Shown: in pieces, positions 1 through 9,205 of the stretch
Position numbering within the stretch: position 1 is the first letter of the stretch
Layout of the letters: each line of letters opens with the position of its first letter
Assembly: GCA_937930175.1 (NCBI GenBank)
Contig: CALGLP010000013.1
Coordinates: 139,764-203,763 of the forward strand
Length of the DNA stretch: 64,000 nt
Reading direction: 5' to 3'
Source: an uncultured bacterium
GTDB lineage: Bacteria; Omnitrophota; Gorgyraeia; Zapsychrales; Aceulaceae
Position numbers and translations under genes: made by a program
Notes under the pieces: model-generated
What the model saw: only the letters and a program-made list of their open reading frames with translations
Databases searched by the model: none
Told to the model about the DNA's origin: nothing

Positions 1-2
1 AT

Positions 3-1229
3 GACGGAGGGCTTTTTAACAGTACGCTTGCTGTTGGTGATTTTGATCATGATGGTTGGGTCGATGTGGCGATCGCTGGTGAAATGAAGGACGGCCCCAA
101 TAAGAATAAATTTTTTCTCAAGGTTTTCAGAAACAACAAAGGGACTTTTGAGCTTCACTCCCAATTGCTTAATGCAGGAGTGCATTGTGGCGGCATTGCT
201 TGGGGTAGTCTTGCTTGGGGTGATTACGATCGAGATGGCGACCTGGATTTAGCTGTTACTGGTCGATATAACCATTTTAAGAATAATTGGCCATGGAATA
301 CATGGACATATACGGATGTCACTAAGATCTTTAACTATAATAGTCAAAATAAACTTTTTAGCGAGCTTTCTGGCACGAATTTTATCGGGGTTGAGGAGGG
401 TGCAGTTGTATGGGCAGATTTTAATAATGACGGTGATTTAGATTTAGCCATAGCCGGAAACAATGCGAATAATGGTGGTGGGTCCGTTATTGGCAAGACT
501 TTGAGAATTTATAAAAATGGGAAGAACGGCAATTTTAGCTTGTATGCCGCATTGCCGGGTGTTCGTCAGGCTTCACTTTCGTCTGGTGATTATAATAATG
601 ATGGAAAGATAGATTTGGCAGTCTCAGGGTTGAGCGCGAATGGTCGCATCTGTAAAGTATATAAAAATAAAGGTAGTGGTTCTTTTGAGGACATTGGTAC
701 AAATCTGCCCGGAGTTTCGGTGGGGACTTTGAGCTGGGGCGACTACAATAACGACGGGAAGCTTGATCTGGCATCGACCGGGATGCTGGACTCAACTGGC
801 ACGATTTGTAATGTTTATAAAAATCTTCGTTTGACCGCGAATACACCTCCCCAACCGCCTGCACAACTTGAGCAGGCGATTTATCCATTGCTTCATATGG
901 CCTTGCTTAAATGGAGCCAGGGGTTTGATGTGCAAACCAATTTTCAAGGGCTTAGTTATAACCTTTGCGTTGGAACAAATCCTGTCTCATGTGATGTTGT
1001 TGGGCCGATGTCTATTGTTAATGGCTCTTTAAATGGCAAAAGAACAGTATCTGCTTTAGGCCCTGTCGTGCACAAACTAGAACCTCTTAATTACTGGATT
1101 TTGTCTGGTCTGCAAGATGGCGCAACTTATTATTGGAAAGTTCAAGCGATTGACCCAGGGCTCATGGGCTCGACCTTTTCTGTCCAGAAATCTTTTACTG
1201 TGCCGGCGAAAGGGAAATTGGGGAAATAG
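3..1229 (+). CDS. FG-GAP (integrin-alpha-like) repeat surface protein, 5'-truncated by the window edge
   Basis: The reading frame is open from nt 3, and the first in-frame Met at 66 is internal. It carries repeated Ca-binding FG-GAP-type motifs D-x-[DN]-x-D-G-x-x-D followed by hydrophobic A/V-x-x-G (VGDFDHDGWVDVAIAG, GDYDRDGDLDLAVTG, DFNNDGDLDLAIAG, DYNNDGKIDLAVSG, DYNNDGKLDLAS). The C-terminal ~120 aa is a beta-rich (Fn3/Ig-like) tail. Confidence 0.6.
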   Translation, partial: DGGLFNSTLAVGDFDHDGWVDVAIAGEMKDGPNKNKFFLKVFRNNKGTFELHSQLLNAGVHCGGIAWGSLAWGDYDRDGDLDLAVTGRYNHFKNNWPWNTWTYTDVTKIFNYNSQNKLFSELSGTNFIGVEEGAVVWADFNNDGDLDLAIAGNNANNGGGSVIGKTLRIYKNGKNGNFSLYAALPGVRQASLSSGDYNNDGKIDLAVSGLSANGRICKVYKNKGSGSFEDIGTNLPGVSVGTLSWGDYNNDGKLDLASTGMLDSTGTICNVYKNLRLTANTPPQPPAQLEQAIYPLLHMALLKWSQGFDVQTNFQGLSYNLCVGTNPVSCDVVGPMSIVNGSLNGKRTVSALGPVVHKLEPLNYWILSGLQDGATYYWKVQAIDPGLMGSTFSVQKSFTVPAKGKLGK

Positions 1230-1279
1230 ATTGAATAAAAATAGAATTTAGAAAGGAGTGAAAAGGAGTGTGTGGTGAG

Positions 1280-1312
1280 GGGCGGGCTAGTAACTAGCCC
1301 GCCCCTTTTTTC
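1280..1312 (+). terminator. Rho-independent terminator after the FG-GAP gene
   Basis: A perfect GC-rich inverted repeat GGCGGGCTAGT / ACTAGCCCGCC with a 3-nt loop is followed by TTTTTT. Confidence 0.6.
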
Positions 1313-1363
1313 GATCCAAGACTTCTTGCTTTCTTGACTTTTTCCGCTGTTTCTTTTGATTAG

Positions 1364-1391
1364 TGTTTGACGAGTAATTTCTTTTGTGATA
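1364..1391 (+). promoter_or_regulatory. Putative sigma70 promoter for yggS-proC-mtnP-ileS...
   Basis: TTGACG is followed about 15-16 nt later by TG-n-GATACT (extended -10-like), immediately upstream of the yggS ATG. The leader would be very short. Confidence 0.3.
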
Positions 1392-1401
1392 CTTTAGGGC
1401 A

Positions 1402-2091
1402 ATGATTTCCGAGAATATTGCTCGACTTAAAGCGTCTATTTCTGATATTTGTCAGCGTATTAAAAAAGACCCCCAAGAGATTATTATTATCGGCGTCACA
1501 AAGTATAGCGATCGGGCAAGCATCGATGAGGCTGTTGGGGCAGGAATAGCGCATATCGCAGAAAATAGGCTTCAGCAGGCGATTGTCAAATATGCAGGCC
1601 TTGTCGGTGTGACTAAGCACATGATCGGTCATTTGCAGACCAATAAGGTGAAGTCAGCTGTTGAGCTATTTGACGTGATTCAGTCTGTGGATTCCCTAAG
1701 ATTAGCCAAAGAAATTGATACTCAGGGCATAAAGATTGGTCGTTGTGTGGACATTCTTGTGCAGGTCAACACTTCGGGTGAAGAGCAAAAATTTGGTATT
1801 GCGCCAGATCAAGTTGCAGATTTTTTAAAGGAAATGGCTGATTTAAAAGCTATTAATGTCCAAGGACTCATGACGATTGGGCCTTTGACGGAGGATCAGG
1901 TAAGGATTCGTGATAGTTTTAAGCGCTTGCGTGATATTTTCATAAAAACGCAGCAAGAATTTTCTTCGTATGATAAAATTCGGATGCGTTATTTATCCAT
2001 GGGGATGAGTGATGATTACGCGATAGCGCTCGAAGAGGGTTCGAATATGATACGCATAGGGCGAAGTATTTTTATGCGTGATAGTGGTTGA
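1402..2091 (+). CDS. yggS: YggS/PLPHP family pyridoxal-phosphate homeostasis protein
   Basis: It has the alanine-racemase-N-like fold signature IIGVTKY...HMIGHLQTNKVK...GLMTIGP...LSMGMSDDY. The PLP-binding Lys is in the GVTK context. It is adjacent to proC, the classic yggS-proC pairing. Confidence 0.85.
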   Translation: MISENIARLKASISDICQRIKKDPQEIIIIGVTKYSDRASIDEAVGAGIAHIAENRLQQAIVKYAGLVGVTKHMIGHLQTNKVKSAVELFDVIQSVDSLRLAKEIDTQGIKIGRCVDILVQVNTSGEEQKFGIAPDQVADFLKEMADLKAINVQGLMTIGPLTEDQVRIRDSFKRLRDIFIKTQQEFSSYDKIRMRYLSMGMSDDYAIALEEGSNMIRIGRSIFMRDSG

Positions 2092-2115
2092 AGAATTTCT
2101 AAAAAAGGAAAGAGG

Positions 2116-2907
2116 ATGGTAAGAAAAGTTGGTATGATTGGCTGCGGAAACATGGGAGAAGCTATTCTCTTAGGCTGTCGCGGCCATTTCAATCTTTATG
2201 TGGCTGAAAAAAGTATAGCGCGGCAAGAATATTTGCAGCGTCAGTATAAAATCAAAACACGTGATTTGGCTGTCGTTGTCCAAGAGTGCTCCGTTCTGCT
2301 TTTGGCTGTGAAGCCGCAGGATGTTGATGAGATTTTAGCAGCACTCAAAAGTTTCAGGACTCCTAAGTATCTTGTGATTTCTATGGCAGCAGGTATCACG
2401 ACAACATATGTCGAGCAGCGTCTTGGCCGAGGCATAAAAGTTGTGAGAGTCATGCCCAATCTTCCTGCCTTGGTTGGTCAAGCCGTGACTGCGGTGACGA
2501 AAGGCCGATATGCATGCGCAGGTGATGTCGCTATAGTGTGCCAGATATTTGATTGTGTTGGTACAACCATGGTTGTTAAAGAAAATTTGATGAACGCGAT
2601 TACCGCAACTTCGGGAAGCGGTCCAGGGTATGTTTATTTTCTCATGGAGCAGATGATTGCCGCGGCCCAAAAGATTGGCTTGAGTGAGAACATGGCAACG
2701 GATTTGGTTGTGGAAACATTCTTGGGTAGTCTTCATCTTCTGAAGACAAAAAAGCAAGACCCAAAAGTTTTACGCGAGAAAGTAACATCAAAAGGTGGGA
2801 CAACCCAAGCCGCCATGGATGTTTTTATAAAACAGAGCATGGGTCGCATCTTTGACAAAGCGTTAAAGGCAGCTGTTGTGCGTGCACAACAATTATCCAG
2901 GAGATAA
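2116..2907 (+). CDS. proC: Pyrroline-5-carboxylate reductase
   Basis: It has the N-terminal Rossmann motif MIGCGNMGEAIL and the C-terminal signature SGSGPGYVYFLMEQM...KVTSKGGTTQAA. Confidence 0.85.
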   Translation: MVRKVGMIGCGNMGEAILLGCRGHFNLYVAEKSIARQEYLQRQYKIKTRDLAVVVQECSVLLLAVKPQDVDEILAALKSFRTPKYLVISMAAGITTTYVEQRLGRGIKVVRVMPNLPALVGQAVTAVTKGRYACAGDVAIVCQIFDCVGTTMVVKENLMNAITATSGSGPGYVYFLMEQMIAAAQKIGLSENMATDLVVETFLGSLHLLKTKKQDPKVLREKVTSKGGTTQAAMDVFIKQSMGRIFDKALKAAVVRAQQLSRR

Positions 2908-2911
2908 TGTT

Positions 2912-3769
2912 ATGAGAATAGTAGGCATTATTGGTGGAAGTGGCCTCTATGATATTGATGGTATTAAAAATTTAAAAGAAGTCAAAGTTTTGACACCGTT
3001 TGGCAAACCTTCGGATTGTTATCATTGTGGTGTTCTGGAGGGTGTGAAGGTTGTGTTCTTGCCGCGGCATGGTCGAGGACATCGCGTGTCGCCTAGCGAA
3101 ATCAATTATCGCGCGAATATTTATGGTATGAAAAAACTTGGCGTGAGCGCGATTATGTCTGTTTCGGCGTGCGGAAGTTTGAAAGAAGAATTGAAACCCA
3201 TGGATTTTGTCATTCCTGATCAGTTTGTGGACCGCACGATGAAGCGCCAATCCACATTCTTTAGTAATGGTGTTGTCGCGCATGTCGGGTTGGCTGCGCC
3301 GGTGTGTTCTAAAATTTCCGACATTCTTTATCGTAGCGCTAAGGTGTTAAATATTCCGGTTCATCGTGGTGGAACTTACCTTAATATGGAAGGCCCACAA
3401 TTTTCTACTAAAGCGGAGTCCTTGCTTTATCGAAGCTGGCATATGGACATTATCGGCATGACCAATGCTACCGAGGCCAAACTTGCGCGCGAGGCTGAAA
3501 TAGCCTATGCGACGCTCGCCGCGATTACAGATTATGATTGCTGGCATGCAACCCATGAAAGCGTGACCATGGAGATGATTATTGCGTACTTGACGAAAAA
3601 TGTTGAGAATGCAAAAAAGATTCTTAAAAAAGCTATTCCTCAGGTTGCCAGCGTTGATGCCTTTGATGCGGAGCGTGCGCTGGCCTGTGCGATCGTGACG
3701 CAGAAAGACAAGATTCCAGCGAAAATAAAAAAAGATCTCAAAATCATTATAGGTAAATACATTCAATAG
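2912..3769 (+). CDS. mtnP: S-methyl-5'-thioadenosine phosphorylase (PNP/MTAP family)
   Basis: It begins MRIVGIIGGSGLYD and carries FLPRHGRGHRVSPSEINYRANIYGMKKLGV and a C-terminal ...ITDYDCWH motif typical of MTAP. AGGAG lies 10 nt upstream of the ATG at 2912; the tabulated ORF start at 2876 is probably too early. Confidence 0.8.
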   Translation: MRIVGIIGGSGLYDIDGIKNLKEVKVLTPFGKPSDCYHCGVLEGVKVVFLPRHGRGHRVSPSEINYRANIYGMKKLGVSAIMSVSACGSLKEELKPMDFVIPDQFVDRTMKRQSTFFSNGVVAHVGLAAPVCSKISDILYRSAKVLNIPVHRGGTYLNMEGPQFSTKAESLLYRSWHMDIIGMTNATEAKLAREAEIAYATLAAITDYDCWHATHESVTMEMIIAYLTKNVENAKKILKKAIPQVASVDAFDAERALACAIVTQKDKIPAKIKKDLKIIIGKYIQ

Positions 3770-3770
3770 C

Positions 3771-6593
3771 ATGAATTATCAAGATACTCTCAATCTTCCT
3801 AAGACCTCTTTTTCTATGAAGGCTGATTTGGCTCAAAAGGAGCCAAAGCTTTTAGAGCATTGGGAAAAAAGCGGATTATACAAGGCAATTCGCGAAAAGT
3901 CTCAAGGCAAGCCCACGTTTGTTTTGCATGACGGGCCGCCTTATGCCAACGGCAATATTCATATCGGCCATGCCTTAAATAAAATTCTCAAAGACATGAT
4001 TGTCAAAGTGAAAACTATGCAGAGCTTTGACAGTCTTTATGTCCCTGGGTGGGACTGCCATGGCCTTCCCATTGAGCATCAACTTTTAAAAGAGCTTAAG
4101 ACCCATAAATCAAAAGTGGAGCGCGTGAGTTTTCGTGAGCAGGCCCATGCGTATGCGTTAAAATATGTTGATCTTCAGCGTGAACAGTTCAAGCGCTTGG
4201 GTGTTTTTGGGGAATGGGACCATCCATATTTGACCCTTGATCCGTCTTACGAATATTGGATCTTAAAATCGCTTGCAGATTTAAACAGTCAAGGGTATCT
4301 ATATCGTGGATTAAAGCCTGTTAATTGGTGCGCGAGCTGTGAGACCGCCTTGGCCGAGGCTGAGGTAGAGTATGAAAATCATGTTTCCCCATCGGTGTAT
4401 GTCAAATTTAAGGTGGAAAATCCGGAAGCCTTGAAACATGATTTTAAGGGTAAGAAAATTTCTTTGCTGGTGTGGACCACAACGCCTTGGACGCTTTTGG
4501 CCAATGTCGCGGTCGCGGTTCATCCAAGTTATACGTATCTTTTTGTCGACACAGGTCATGAGATCCTTGTTCTTGAAAAGACCCTGGCGCAGGCTGTGCT
4601 GTTAAAAGGCGGTATCGCAGATTTTAAAATCTTAAAAGAATGTCTTGGTGAGGATCTAAGGCAGGTTGTTTATCATCATCCCTTTGGCTCACGTCACCAT
4701 TGTCCGGTTGTATGCGTTGATTACGTCACTCGAGAAGATGGGACAGGACTCGTTCATACCGCTCCGGGCCATGGCCAGGAAGATTTTGAAACGGGTTTAA
4801 AATTTAAGCTTGATGTAGTTGTGCCTGTGGATGCGCGTGGAATTTTCACCGATGAGGCAGGGGAATTTGCAGGCCAGCATGTGTTCAAAGCTAACGATGC
4901 GATAATTGCTAAGCTAAGCGCACAGGGTGTTTTGCTCGCTCAGGAAAACATTGATCATTCTTATCCGCATTGTTGGCGTTGTAAGAAACCGGTGATCTTT
5001 CGCGCAACAAGGCAATGGTTTGTGAAGATCGATCATTGTGATTTGCGTCAAGCACTGTTGAATGCTGTTGAAGAAAAGGTGCGTTGGATTCCTGAAGCCG
5101 GAAAAGAACGCATTGCGGGCATGGTTAAGACTCGGCCGGACTGGTGTCTTTCGCGTCAGCGCTATTGGGGTGTTCCGATTCCTGCGCTTATTTGTCATGG
5201 GTGTAGCGGCGAGCAGAAACTTTTTACGGAAGTTGTTGATCATTTTGCCACGATTGTTAAAAGTGAAGGGACGGATGCCTGGTTTAAGCGTGATGTGGAA
5301 GCGCTCATTCCTCAGGGCTTTGTTTGTCCGGATTGCAAAAAGCACGATTTTGAAAAAGCTGAGGATATTTTGGATGTGTGGTTTGATTCTGGGGTGAGCC
5401 ATCAAGCGGTTGTGAAGGGGATGATGGGACACGAACTTCCCGTGGATTTATATTTGGAAGGATCCGACCAGCATCGCGGCTGGTTCCAATCATCTTTGAT
5501 TCCTGCTGTGGCTATGGAAGGCAAGCCGCCATTTAAAGCTGTGTTGACGCATGGATTTGTGGTCGATGGCCAAGGCCGAAAGATGTCGAAGTCCTTAGGC
5601 AATGTTGTTTCTCCGCAAGATATTATAAAGAATTACGGCGCGGATTTCTTGCGGTTGTGGGTTGCGGCCAGCAACTACAACGACGATATTCGTATTTCTA
5701 AAGAAATTCTTGATCGCCTTGTTGATGCGTATCGTAAGATCCGCAATACATTTCGATTTATTTTGAGTAATGTGTCCGATTTTGATCCGGACAAGGATCG
5801 CGCTTCTTGCGACAAACTCTGCGCGATTGATCAGTGGGCTTTACATGAATTAGCGACGATGAAGGCCTCTGTTGAGGCGCATTATCAAGCTTACAATTTT
5901 CTTGAGGTTTATAAGACGTTGTATGCCTTTTGCAATGAGACATTGTCAGGCATTTATCTTGACATCCTTAAAGATCGGCTGTATACTTTCGCGCCGAAAT
6001 CAACAGAGCGCTTAAGCGCCCAGACTGTTCTTTGTGATTTGTTGGATACGATGGTACGTCTCACAGCGCCCATCCTAACATTTACTTCCCAGGAAGTTTT
6101 TGAAGCGATGCCAAAGACGCAAGAGCTTCAAAAAAGAGTGAATGTCCATCTTTTGGAATGGCAGCCGACGCCGTCGTCTTGGTATCATCAAGACCTGGCC
6201 GATCAATATCGTTTTCTGTTGGTTGCTTTTCGTCCGCATGTTTTGAAGGCGCTCGAAGAGCAACGGCAAATAGGTGCCATTGGTAGTTCGCTTGAGGCTC
6301 AGGTCGTGATTGAAACAGCCAGCGATCAGGATTTTCAGCGCTTGCACGTCTTTGATGACAACGTTTTGAAAGCTGCTTTTATTGTTTCGCAGGTGACGGT
6401 CAAGAAAGTTGCTTGCGTTGAGCAAGGTCTGAGCGTAGATTTTTCGAAAACAACAATCAGCGTCACAAAGGCGAGCGGGACAAAATGTTCACGTTGTTGG
6501 AATTATAGCTTGTCTATTGGGATGGATAGCGCATATCCGGAGCTTTGCGCGCGATGTGCTCCGATTGTCCAGGAGATTAAAAGAAATCAATAG
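3771..6593 (+). CDS. ileS: Isoleucine--tRNA ligase
   Basis: It has the class I HIGH motif (PYANGNIHIGHALN), KMSKS ([10 protein letters not shown]), a CP1 editing domain and a C-terminal zinc-binding tail (CSRCW...CARC). Length is 940 aa. Confidence 0.95.
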   Translation: MNYQDTLNLPKTSFSMKADLAQKEPKLLEHWEKSGLYKAIREKSQGKPTFVLHDGPPYANGNIHIGHALNKILKDMIVKVKTMQSFDSLYVPGWDCHGLPIEHQLLKELKTHKSKVERVSFREQAHAYALKYVDLQREQFKRLGVFGEWDHPYLTLDPSYEYWILKSLADLNSQGYLYRGLKPVNWCASCETALAEAEVEYENHVSPSVYVKFKVENPEALKHDFKGKKISLLVWTTTPWTLLANVAVAVHPSYTYLFVDTGHEILVLEKTLAQAVLLKGGIADFKILKECLGEDLRQVVYHHPFGSRHHCPVVCVDYVTREDGTGLVHTAPGHGQEDFETGLKFKLDVVVPVDARGIFTDEAGEFAGQHVFKANDAIIAKLSAQGVLLAQENIDHSYPHCWRCKKPVIFRATRQWFVKIDHCDLRQALLNAVEEKVRWIPEAGKERIAGMVKTRPDWCLSRQRYWGVPIPALICHGCSGEQKLFTEVVDHFATIVKSEGTDAWFKRDVEALIPQGFVCPDCKKHDFEKAEDILDVWFDSGVSHQAVVKGMMGHELPVDLYLEGSDQHRGWFQSSLIPAVAMEGKPPFKAVLTHGFVVDGQGRKMSKSLGNVVSPQDIIKNYGADFLRLWVAASNYNDDIRISKEILDRLVDAYRKIRNTFRFILSNVSDFDPDKDRASCDKLCAIDQWALHELATMKASVEAHYQAYNFLEVYKTLYAFCNETLSGIYLDILKDRLYTFAPKSTERLSAQTVLCDLLDTMVRLTAPILTFTSQEVFEAMPKTQELQKRVNVHLLEWQPTPSSWYHQDLADQYRFLLVAFRPHVLKALEEQRQIGAIGSSLEAQVVIETASDQDFQRLHVFDDNVLKAAFIVSQVTVKKVACVEQGLSVDFSKTTISVTKASGTKCSRCWNYSLSIGMDSAYPELCARCAPIVQEIKRNQ

Positions 6594-6649
6594 TTTTTGT
6601 TGAAATCAGGTAAGGTTGTGGCATAGTAATCATTTAAAGGAGCAAACGA

Positions 6650-7030
6650 ATGACAAAAGGTAAAATGGATAAGAAAAAAATTGCCAAATATCAAGCGATC
6701 CTTGTTGCCCTTAAAGAAAAAATTGTGACCGATATTAAACAGATTTCGGATCATGCCTCACCCTCTGAGCGCAGTGATTCCGGAGATGTTTCCGGTCACG
6801 TGATGCACTTAGCCGATGTTGCCACGGATATGTATGATCGAGAGTTTTCTCTTGGACTTGCTTCGAACAACCGCGAGCTTTTAGAAAAAATTGAGAAGTC
6901 GTTAAAGCGTATTGAGGCTGGTCAGTTTGGTCTTTGTGAAGAATGTGGTTGTGAAATTTCATCGGCGCGTCTCGAAGCTCTCCCGTATGTCGCTAATTGT
7001 TTGAAGTGTCAGGAAAAATTAGAAAAGTAA
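6650..7030 (+). CDS. DksA/TraR-family C4 zinc-finger protein
   Basis: The C-terminal CEECGCEISSARLEALPYVANCLKCQ is a C4 zinc finger of the DksA/TraR type. It is preceded by a coiled-coil region (HLADVATDMYDRE). Confidence 0.7.
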   Translation: MTKGKMDKKKIAKYQAILVALKEKIVTDIKQISDHASPSERSDSGDVSGHVMHLADVATDMYDREFSLGLASNNRELLEKIEKSLKRIEAGQFGLCEECGCEISSARLEALPYVANCLKCQEKLEK

Positions 7031-7072
7031 ATTTATCGTCACGCCAGCGGCAGAGATCCTAGAACTTTTATC

Positions 7073-7543
7073 ATGAGAACATTTCAAGAAAACTTTCTGA
7101 TTTCAGGCGCTAGCATTTTTCTTGTTGTCTTTCTTGATCAACTGTCCAAGTTGTTTTTCATCCACTTGCTCTCTTTAGGGGAATCCATCCCCGTGATTCG
7201 CAATATCTTTCATCTTACCCTTGTCCATAATACCGGGATTGCCTTTGGTCTTTTTAAGAATCAAGGAATCTTCTTTTTAGGTTTTTCTCTTATCGCAATT
7301 TGTGTTTTTAGCTGGCTTTTATATAAACAAGCAAGGGCTCAAGCTCTCACGCGTGTATCGCGGCTTGGCTTTTCACTTATTATTGGCGGGGCCTTGGGCA
7401 ACTTTGTTGATCGTTTACAATTTGGCTATGTTGTTGATTTTATCGATTTTCGTATTTGGCCGGTGTTTAATGTTGCTGATAGTGCAATCACTATCGGTGC
7501 TTTCATTTTGATTTTAACATGCATCCCATCATCTGCAAAATAG
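7073..7543 (+). CDS. lspA: Lipoprotein signal peptidase (signal peptidase II)
   Basis: It has four TM segments, NTGIAFGLF, and the catalytic Asp motifs FVDR...VVDFIDF...PVFNVADSAITIG. Confidence 0.85.
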   Translation: MRTFQENFLISGASIFLVVFLDQLSKLFFIHLLSLGESIPVIRNIFHLTLVHNTGIAFGLFKNQGIFFLGFSLIAICVFSWLLYKQARAQALTRVSRLGFSLIIGGALGNFVDRLQFGYVVDFIDFRIWPVFNVADSAITIGAFILILTCIPSSAK

Positions 7544-8259
7544 GCTTCCTAACCGTTTATTCGTATGGCGCTATGATGGCCTTAGCGGCTGTTGTTTGCG
7601 CTTTATTGTTGCAACGTGAAGCGAAAAAAAATCATTTGAATGGGGATGTGATTTTTGATCTTATTTTTTGGATCGTCCTTTCCGGCGTTGCTGGAAGTCG
7701 ATTTTTCTTTATTGTTCTGCACTGGACCTATTTTATGAAAAATCCCATGGAAATTATTTTGATTAATCAGGGAGGTTTGGCTTGGCAGGGTGGGCTTGTT
7801 GGGTCAACGTTGGCAGCTGTTGCATTTATTCGTCATAAAAAAATGCCACTTTTAAAAACGTTGGATTTTGTTATTCCTTATGCCGCCTTGGGGCAGGCTT
7901 TAGGGAGGGTGGGTTGTTTTTTCAACGGATGCTGTCAGGGCAAGGAATGGGTTCATGGTCTTTATTTTCCTGTTCATCAGGCGCGTTTGCATCCTACACA
8001 ACTTTATTCTGCGCTGAATTTGCTGATCATTTTCTTTATTTTAAAATTTTTCCAATCGCGGAACAAAGTTGATGGGCGCGTTTTTACTTGGTATTTTATA
8101 TTTGCTTCACTGGAACGTTTTGGCGTTCAATTCTTGCGGGCCGATTATAACCCTTTCTTTTTTGGTTTAGGTATCTTTCAAATTATTAATCTTGTGATGA
8201 TCGCGGTAGCCCTTTATGGAGACATTTACCTTTTGCGTCGAGCAAGACGGTGTCGATGA
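7519..8259 (+). CDS. lgt: Prolipoprotein diacylglyceryl transferase
   Basis: It is polytopic and carries the Lgt signature G-rich loop LGQALGRVGCFFNGCCQGK plus GGLAWQGGLVG. It overlaps lspA by 25 nt. Confidence 0.85.
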   Translation: MHPIICKIGFLTVYSYGAMMALAAVVCALLLQREAKKNHLNGDVIFDLIFWIVLSGVAGSRFFFIVLHWTYFMKNPMEIILINQGGLAWQGGLVGSTLAAVAFIRHKKMPLLKTLDFVIPYAALGQALGRVGCFFNGCCQGKEWVHGLYFPVHQARLHPTQLYSALNLLIIFFILKFFQSRNKVDGRVFTWYFIFASLERFGVQFLRADYNPFFFGLGIFQIINLVMIAVALYGDIYLLRRARRCR

Positions 8260-9127
8260 GCGTTTAGACGTTTTTCTTGCGAAGCGTATTGCTGATTGTC
8301 CGTCGCGCGCCTTTGTCCAACGACTGATTAAGGAGGGGTCTGTTCGTGTTAATGGCAAGAGTGTCAAAAGTCATTATACGTTAGCCTTGAGCGATCAGAT
8401 TGAGGTTGTTCTTGAGTTTTCGCTTTCCGATGGCATCAGGGCGGAGAAGATTCCTTTAGATATTTTTTATGAAGATGCTGATTTGGCGATTATTAACAAG
8501 TCTGCAGGGATGACTGTTCATCCCGGGGCAGGGTGTCCCTCGGGGACTTTAGCCAATGCGCTTTTATATCATTGTAAAGAACTCTCGAGTTTGAACGATG
8601 CGTCGCGGCCCGGGATTGTACATCGCCTTGATAAAGATACTTCTGGGCTGATGGTTATTGCCAAAAATAATAAGGCGCATGCCTTGTTGGCGAGACAATT
8701 TGAGAAGCGAACGGTGCAGAAATGCTACGTGGCGCTTGTTGAAGGGGATGTCCAGTTTGACGAAGGGGTCATTGATGCCCCTTTGGGTCAAGATCCGCAC
8801 CATCGACAGAAACGTTCGGTTCTGGCATACGGGACCAAAAGCGCTCAAACATTTTATAAAGTTTTAAAGAGGTTTGCCGGGGCGTCCTTAGTTTTGTTGA
8901 CGCCCAAGACCGGCAGGACCCATCAGTTACGTGTCCACATGGCACATCTGGGGCATCCTATTCTAGGCGATGAGAAATATGGAAAGGTTTTTTCGTTTGC
9001 TCGCCTTGCGCTCCATGCGAAAACCCTTTCTTTTGAACATCCCTCAACGAAAAGGAAGGTTGAGTTTTCTTCACCCACCCCAGTTGAATTCTTAAGCTAT
9101 TCGCAAAGCGATCTTGATTTTTTTTAA
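8216..9127 (+). CDS. rluD: 23S rRNA pseudouridine synthase, RluA/RluD family
   Basis: It has an N-terminal S4 domain (RLDVFLAKRIADCPSRAFVQRLIKEGSVRVNG), the catalytic HRLDKDTSGLMVIAKN and KCYVALVEG motifs. The listed start overlaps lgt, and the true start may be slightly downstream. Confidence 0.8.
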   Translation: METFTFCVEQDGVDERLDVFLAKRIADCPSRAFVQRLIKEGSVRVNGKSVKSHYTLALSDQIEVVLEFSLSDGIRAEKIPLDIFYEDADLAIINKSAGMTVHPGAGCPSGTLANALLYHCKELSSLNDASRPGIVHRLDKDTSGLMVIAKNNKAHALLARQFEKRTVQKCYVALVEGDVQFDEGVIDAPLGQDPHHRQKRSVLAYGTKSAQTFYKVLKRFAGASLVLLTPKTGRTHQLRVHMAHLGHPILGDEKYGKVFSFARLALHAKTLSFEHPSTKRKVEFSSPTPVEFLSYSQSDLDFF

Positions 9128-9205
9128 TATCCTCTTTACTTCACTATACTTTAATTTATAATAGTCTTAATTATTGAGGAATTAAGCGTTAACAAGGAGT
9201 TATCT

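Noticed and set aside
4914-5432. 172-aa antisense ORF and a 111-aa alternate-frame + ORF inside ileS
   Set aside because: Both lie wholly within the ileS coding region and have no recognisable motif or start context. They are shadow frames of a long conserved gene.
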